Assembly (NCBI GenBank): GCA_965219455.1
Contig: OZ244744.1
Coordinates: forward strand, 2,400,001 to 2,464,000
Origin: Candidatus Latescibacterota bacterium
GTDB taxonomy: Bacteria > Latescibacterota > UBA2968 > GCA-2709665
DNA: 64,000 nt
Reading direction: 5' to 3'
Shown: piece by piece, positions 60,098 to 64,000 of the stretch
Numbering within the stretch: position 1 is the stretch's first letter
How the letters are laid out: each line of letters begins with the position of its first letter
The notes under the pieces: generated by a model
Databases searched by the model: none
Told to the model about the DNA's origin: nothing
The model's input: only the letters and a program-made list of their open reading frames with translations
Translations under genes and position numbers: made by a program

Positions 60098-62608
60098 ATG
60101 CGTGATAAATCTGGCTTACTCAGATGGCCGCGTGACATCATTGCCATCTTGTCGGCGCTTTCCGCGTTACTAATCTACTCCCAGTACACCACACTCTTAA
60201 AGTTCGCCGTACTTAGACCAGCCCACAGGTACGCTAGCCTGGCCATATTTATTCCGGTCTTAAAACGGCATGTGCAGCTTGAGATGGCAGATGCGATTGT
60301 GGTAAGCCTGATCTTTGCCGCATTAGTGACCATCATCGTCCTGGAGCTTTGGAAAAAGCGTCTTTCTACATTTCTAAGCAAGGTATTTGAGACCGAGAAG
60401 CGGACACTTTTCGTGTTAGTCCTCGCCTGCCTGTTTTGCGCACGCTTTTATTTTGCGCGGGGAGGATTAGCCTGGGCTGGTGATGCGAACTTTCATATCG
60501 GCTACGCCTGGATTGCCTCCCAGTCCTTCTCCCAAGGAGAGATCCCCATATGGACAAATTACTTTGGCACAGGCGGTCCCTACTGCCAGTTCTATGGGTT
60601 TCTCTTCTTCTACCTGACCGGAGTGGTCAATCTGCTTTTTTCCGATCTGGAGTTCTCACTAAAGTTTGTGATGGGCGTCAGCCATGTGTTTTCGGGGATC
60701 GGGATGTACCTGTTCGTAAGGACGCTCTTCAACAGACAAGCAGGCTTTATGGCAGCACTGGCCTACGTAATGGTTGTCTGGCACACCCAGCAGGTCCTTA
60801 TAATGGGGCGTTTCCCGCTTTCGGTGTTTTATGCTCTGCTCCCCTTTCCGTTCTACTTCTTCGAGCGTCTCAGGGTGCGTACGCCTAGATTGGCGTGTGC
60901 GATGGGAGGTGGGCTTACCCTGGGCATGCTGGCCTTTACACATCCGGGATACGCTTTTTGGGCTACGGCGCTGCTCGGGCTTTACGTGTGTATCCGGCTT
61001 TGGAGCGACACAGACCGCCGCGGGATCCGCGCCGTCTGCTGGCACAGTCTCTTACTGCTAATGGGAGGCCTGGCCTTTGGCGCCTATCTTACACTTCCGA
61101 TGTGGATGGAGCGGGAAAACGCCGGACTGAAGTTTGGGGTCAACCTTTCGGGCCTGCCGGATCCGACCTGGAGCCAGCTTCTCATCTGGTCCAACTATCG
61201 CTTCCGCCTTTTTTTCATAGAAGCCAACCACTGGTACGGAGGATATTTGGGGCTGTCACTGATCGCGCTGTCTCTGGTGGGGCTAACCAGCTCGCTGCTG
61301 TTTTGGAGGCGCCTGACGCCCCCGCACCGCCATGCCTCCACGGAACGGACGGGCACGAAAGTGACATTGGCTGCAGACCTGCCAGCGAAATCGTGGCCAG
61401 CAACGGCCTGCTTGATTGTTTCCCTCTTGTTGGTTTTTGGCTATCGGTGGCCGCTGTTAGGGTCCCTTAGCGTCGTTCAGGCATTCAACGCGGGGCGATA
61501 CCTGCTTTTTGTTGTATTCTTTTTATCCGTAACGGTCGGGGTGGGTACCGTCGCCCTCGTCCGCTTTTGTCGCAGTCGGGGAACGGGAATCGATATTTTC
61601 GCGATTCTGCTGTTAATCGTGGTCGTAGATTTGGGACCGACAACCTTCCAACAGCCCTATATCCGCTACAGTGCTCTAAAACGACCCCAGCTCATAGACA
61701 CCAAAACAACCCAATTTTTGCGGAGCGAGGCTGCCCAATTCCCGAATGGTGAAATTCCCAATTACCGGAGTTTTTATGCAACAGACACTGACTATCGTCC
61801 ATTTTCCATCTCGTACTTGTCTATCAAGACGGGCTTAGTGACTTTTCTGGGCTTATTTAACGAGGCGCCAATGGCCACGAATATCTTCTGCCATCCCCTG
61901 GAGAAATCGCTGAATCCTGCAATCAGAAAGGCGGAGAAGCTGGAATCCCCCGTCTCTCAGAAATTCGGACCCCTAAGAGACGGGCTCTACCTGCTGAACA
62001 CAAAGCGCTTTCTGGCCCGCCACTCCAGAAAAAAAAATACATTAATGAACTGGACGATACCTGATGTTTCCCCAGTTGTCATCTCTTCAAAGGTCGCCGG
62101 CTGGGATCTTCCGGCGAGGAACCATGTAGACACTCAAGCTCAGTTGGCATTCTTACAACTCGTGAAGGCGATGGGCGTAAACCAGGCGGCAAACACCTGT
62201 GACCAGATTTTACTAACAGGGCATACGTCCAGTGAAGATCTGGGAACCTCACCCTCTGTGAAGGTACTGGAGCACCGGGCGTGGAATCAGCGCGTGGAGA
62301 TGCTCATCCGCACCTCCAGCCCCTGCTTTGCCCGCTTGGCCTATGCATATTATCCCTATCTGAGCGTCACCGTGAACGACAAGAAGGTGGTGCCGTACCA
62401 GACGGCTGGACGGTTCATCGCCCTTCGGCTAGGCGAGGGAGAGCAGCATATTGTGCTGGAACCCGTGCTGTCTCCACTGAGACGTGGATTGCTTATCCTC
62501 AACCTGGCGATGGTCGGTGCCTGCCTCGCCTACTTCGGATGGAGGGTTCGCCACAGTTGGCCGATGAGGTATTTCCTTAAGAACAAAGGCAAAAACCACG
62601 AAAGTTGA
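60098..62608 (+). CDS. YfhO/PTPS-related polytopic membrane protein (putative GT-C)
   Basis: GDANFH..YAW, PIWTNYFGTGGPYCQFYG, many TMs; C-terminal LAYAYYPYL.VTVN...FIALRL..GEQHIVL. Confidence 0.78.
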   Translation: MRDKSGLLRWPRDIIAILSALSALLIYSQYTTLLKFAVLRPAHRYASLAIFIPVLKRHVQLEMADAIVVSLIFAALVTIIVLELWKKRLSTFLSKVFETEKRTLFVLVLACLFCARFYFARGGLAWAGDANFHIGYAWIASQSFSQGEIPIWTNYFGTGGPYCQFYGFLFFYLTGVVNLLFSDLEFSLKFVMGVSHVFSGIGMYLFVRTLFNRQAGFMAALAYVMVVWHTQQVLIMGRFPLSVFYALLPFPFYFFERLRVRTPRLACAMGGGLTLGMLAFTHPGYAFWATALLGLYVCIRLWSDTDRRGIRAVCWHSLLLLMGGLAFGAYLTLPMWMERENAGLKFGVNLSGLPDPTWSQLLIWSNYRFRLFFIEANHWYGGYLGLSLIALSLVGLTSSLLFWRRLTPPHRHASTERTGTKVTLAADLPAKSWPATACLIVSLLLVFGYRWPLLGSLSVVQAFNAGRYLLFVVFFLSVTVGVGTVALVRFCRSRGTGIDIFAILLLIVVVDLGPTTFQQPYIRYSALKRPQLIDTKTTQFLRSEAAQFPNGEIPNYRSFYATDTDYRPFSISYLSIKTGLVTFLGLFNEAPMATNIFCHPLEKSLNPAIRKAEKLESPVSQKFGPLRDGLYLLNTKRFLARHSRKKNTLMNWTIPDVSPVVISSKVAGWDLPARNHVDTQAQLAFLQLVKAMGVNQAANTCDQILLTGHTSSEDLGTSPSVKVLEHRAWNQRVEMLIRTSSPCFARLAYAYYPYLSVTVNDKKVVPYQTAGRFIALRLGEGEQHIVLEPVLSPLRRGLLILNLAMVGACLAYFGWRVRHSWPMRYFLKNKGKNHES

Positions 62609-62618
62609 AGCGTACGAG

Positions 62619-62858
62619 GTGGACATCGGCGAGACGTACTACGATATGGGGGAACACGAAAAGGCGATCCCATATTTTCAAAAGGCCGTTCAACTGAGCC
62701 CCAATCACGCAAACGCCCACCTGTTACTGGGCCTGTCCTATCGAGCCTTGAATCATGTGGAAGAGGCCAGGCCACATTTCGAAAAAGTGTTGAAACTCGA
62801 GTCCAACCATCCTCATGCGGCCCAGATCAGACAATGGCTGGTGGGAACCCTCGAATAG
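62619..62858 (+). pseudogene. Orphan C-terminal TPR module
   Basis: 79 aa homologous to the last two TPRs of both membrane-TPR genes; 3' half identical in DNA to ~57562-57665. Confidence 0.7.
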
Positions 62859-63068
62859 CGTCTTCGTTATAACCGCCGATGCCTGGAGGAGTTCCAGGTC
62901 GAATACCTCTGAATCCGGTGAAGTAGATCTCTGAAAAGCAGAGGGAGTGTCATATTCTTTTCCAAGTGGAGTTTAAGAATCAGCGAAAAGGCAACCGTGA
63001 TGCAAGATGGCGACTGAATACATTTATTCACATACCGACGGACGATGGCCGAAATGGGGGTAAACTCA

Positions 63069-64000
63069 ATGCGACCGATATTGATCATCCTGCTTTCAGT
63101 AGTTGTCGTGCAGACGTCTGCGAATCTAATCAACAGGACAGAGGCAACGTCAGCACCGGCGGAGACTAACTCCGCCAGCGCCTGCAATCCGGGGGATTTC
63201 GATGGCGACTATGACGTAGATTTCGCGGATTTTGTAGCCTTTGCTGGTGTTTTTGGGACAACATACCCAAAACCGCCACAGTCGGCGGATCGTGATGTGC
63301 TGGTGTCGTTGTATAATGTGACAGATGGGCCAAACTGGAGAATCGGGACAAATTGGCTGACCGAAAATAACCTTTCGACCTGGCATGGCGTTACTGTTGC
63401 GAACGATCGGGTCTCGGGCATAAACCTCGATGGGAATAATTTAACCGGTACGATTCCGCCCGAACTCGGCAACCTGTCGCACCTTACGCATCTGTATCTT
63501 GCTTCTAATCGATTGAGTGGACCAATACCGCCGGAATTGGGTGACCTGTCAAACCTTTCGAACCTGGTTTTAGCTTACAATCAATTGAGCGGTCCTATCC
63601 CATCAGAATTGGGCAATCTGTACAACCTGCGGCAGATCCATTTTGCAGGAAACCAGTTGCGCGGGCGCATCCCTGTTGCTTTAGCCAACCTGCGTTTTCT
63701 TGAATCGCTTTACCTACATCTCAACCAATTGAGTGGTCCAATCCCGCCCGAACTGGGTGATCTGCCCAACCTCGAAGTTCTGTTGCTTTCAGAAAACCAG
63801 TTGAGTGGTCCAATCCCACCCGAACTGGGTAGCATTGCCAGCCTCAGGCACCTGTGGATTGGCGGAAACCCCTTGAGTGGGCCTATCCCATTAGAATTGA
63901 CCTACCTTCCTGACCTGTCTCGTTTGTTCGTTGGCCAGTCTCACGTGAGCGGGCCCGTGCCACCCGAACTGGGCGACGTCTCTACCCTGACGCATCTGAA
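63069..64000 (+). CDS. Secreted leucine-rich-repeat protein with N-terminal dockerin/EF-hand-like motif (runs off window end)
   Basis: Not in the ORF track; hand translation MRPILIILLSVVVVQTSA...GDFDGDYDVDFADFVAFAGVFG...DRDVLVSLYNVTDGPNW...WHGVT, then 24-aa repeats NxLSGPIPPELGxLxxL. Confidence 0.9.
   Translation, partial: MRPILIILLSVVVVQTSANLINRTEATSAPAETNSASACNPGDFDGDYDVDFADFVAFAGVFGTTYPKPPQSADRDVLVSLYNVTDGPNWRIGTNWLTENNLSTWHGVTVANDRVSGINLDGNNLTGTIPPELGNLSHLTHLYLASNRLSGPIPPELGDLSNLSNLVLAYNQLSGPIPSELGNLYNLRQIHFAGNQLRGRIPVALANLRFLESLYLHLNQLSGPIPPELGDLPNLEVLLLSENQLSGPIPPELGSIASLRHLWIGGNPLSGPIPLELTYLPDLSRLFVGQSHVSGPVPPELGDVSTLTHL

Noticed and set aside
57448-62858. Repeated TPR tails as a diversity-generating retroelement TR/VR pair
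   Set aside because: Mismatches are not confined to adenines and there is no reverse transcriptase in the window.

Overview
GC-rich bacterial chromosomal window. The left ~25 kb is housekeeping: 5' part of hppA, pth, rplY, tRNA-Gln(TTG), ispE, a 1252-aa TPR protein, a sigma-54 activator, degP/htrA, xerD, ogt, uvrC and hisGDCB. The rest is largely a surface-glycan/glycosylation region: GT2 and GT4 enzymes, nucleotide-sugar dehydrogenase and epimerase, C- and O-methyltransferases, a flippase and at least six polytopic GT-C-like membrane proteins, two with TPR tails. It is interrupted by an AddAB-like helicase-nuclease pair, an IS3-family element and an adjacent hairpin-bounded element encoding an uncharacterised protein. 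The window ends inside a secreted plant-type LRR protein. Intergenic DNA is built from several families of short palindromic or periodic repeats. Most notable: (1) a 20-36 bp CCTG(C/T)CTG...CAG(G/A)CAGG micro-palindrome found inside other repeats, inside itself and in-frame inside a protein gene; (2) a small GIY-YIG nuclease gene flanked by REPIN-like hairpin units; (3) a TIR-less, hairpin-bounded element whose protein carries a YDK...LRVE motif reminiscent of rolling-circle initiators. All calls come from reading the sequence and ORF track; no searches were run, and several start codons were re-chosen by eye.
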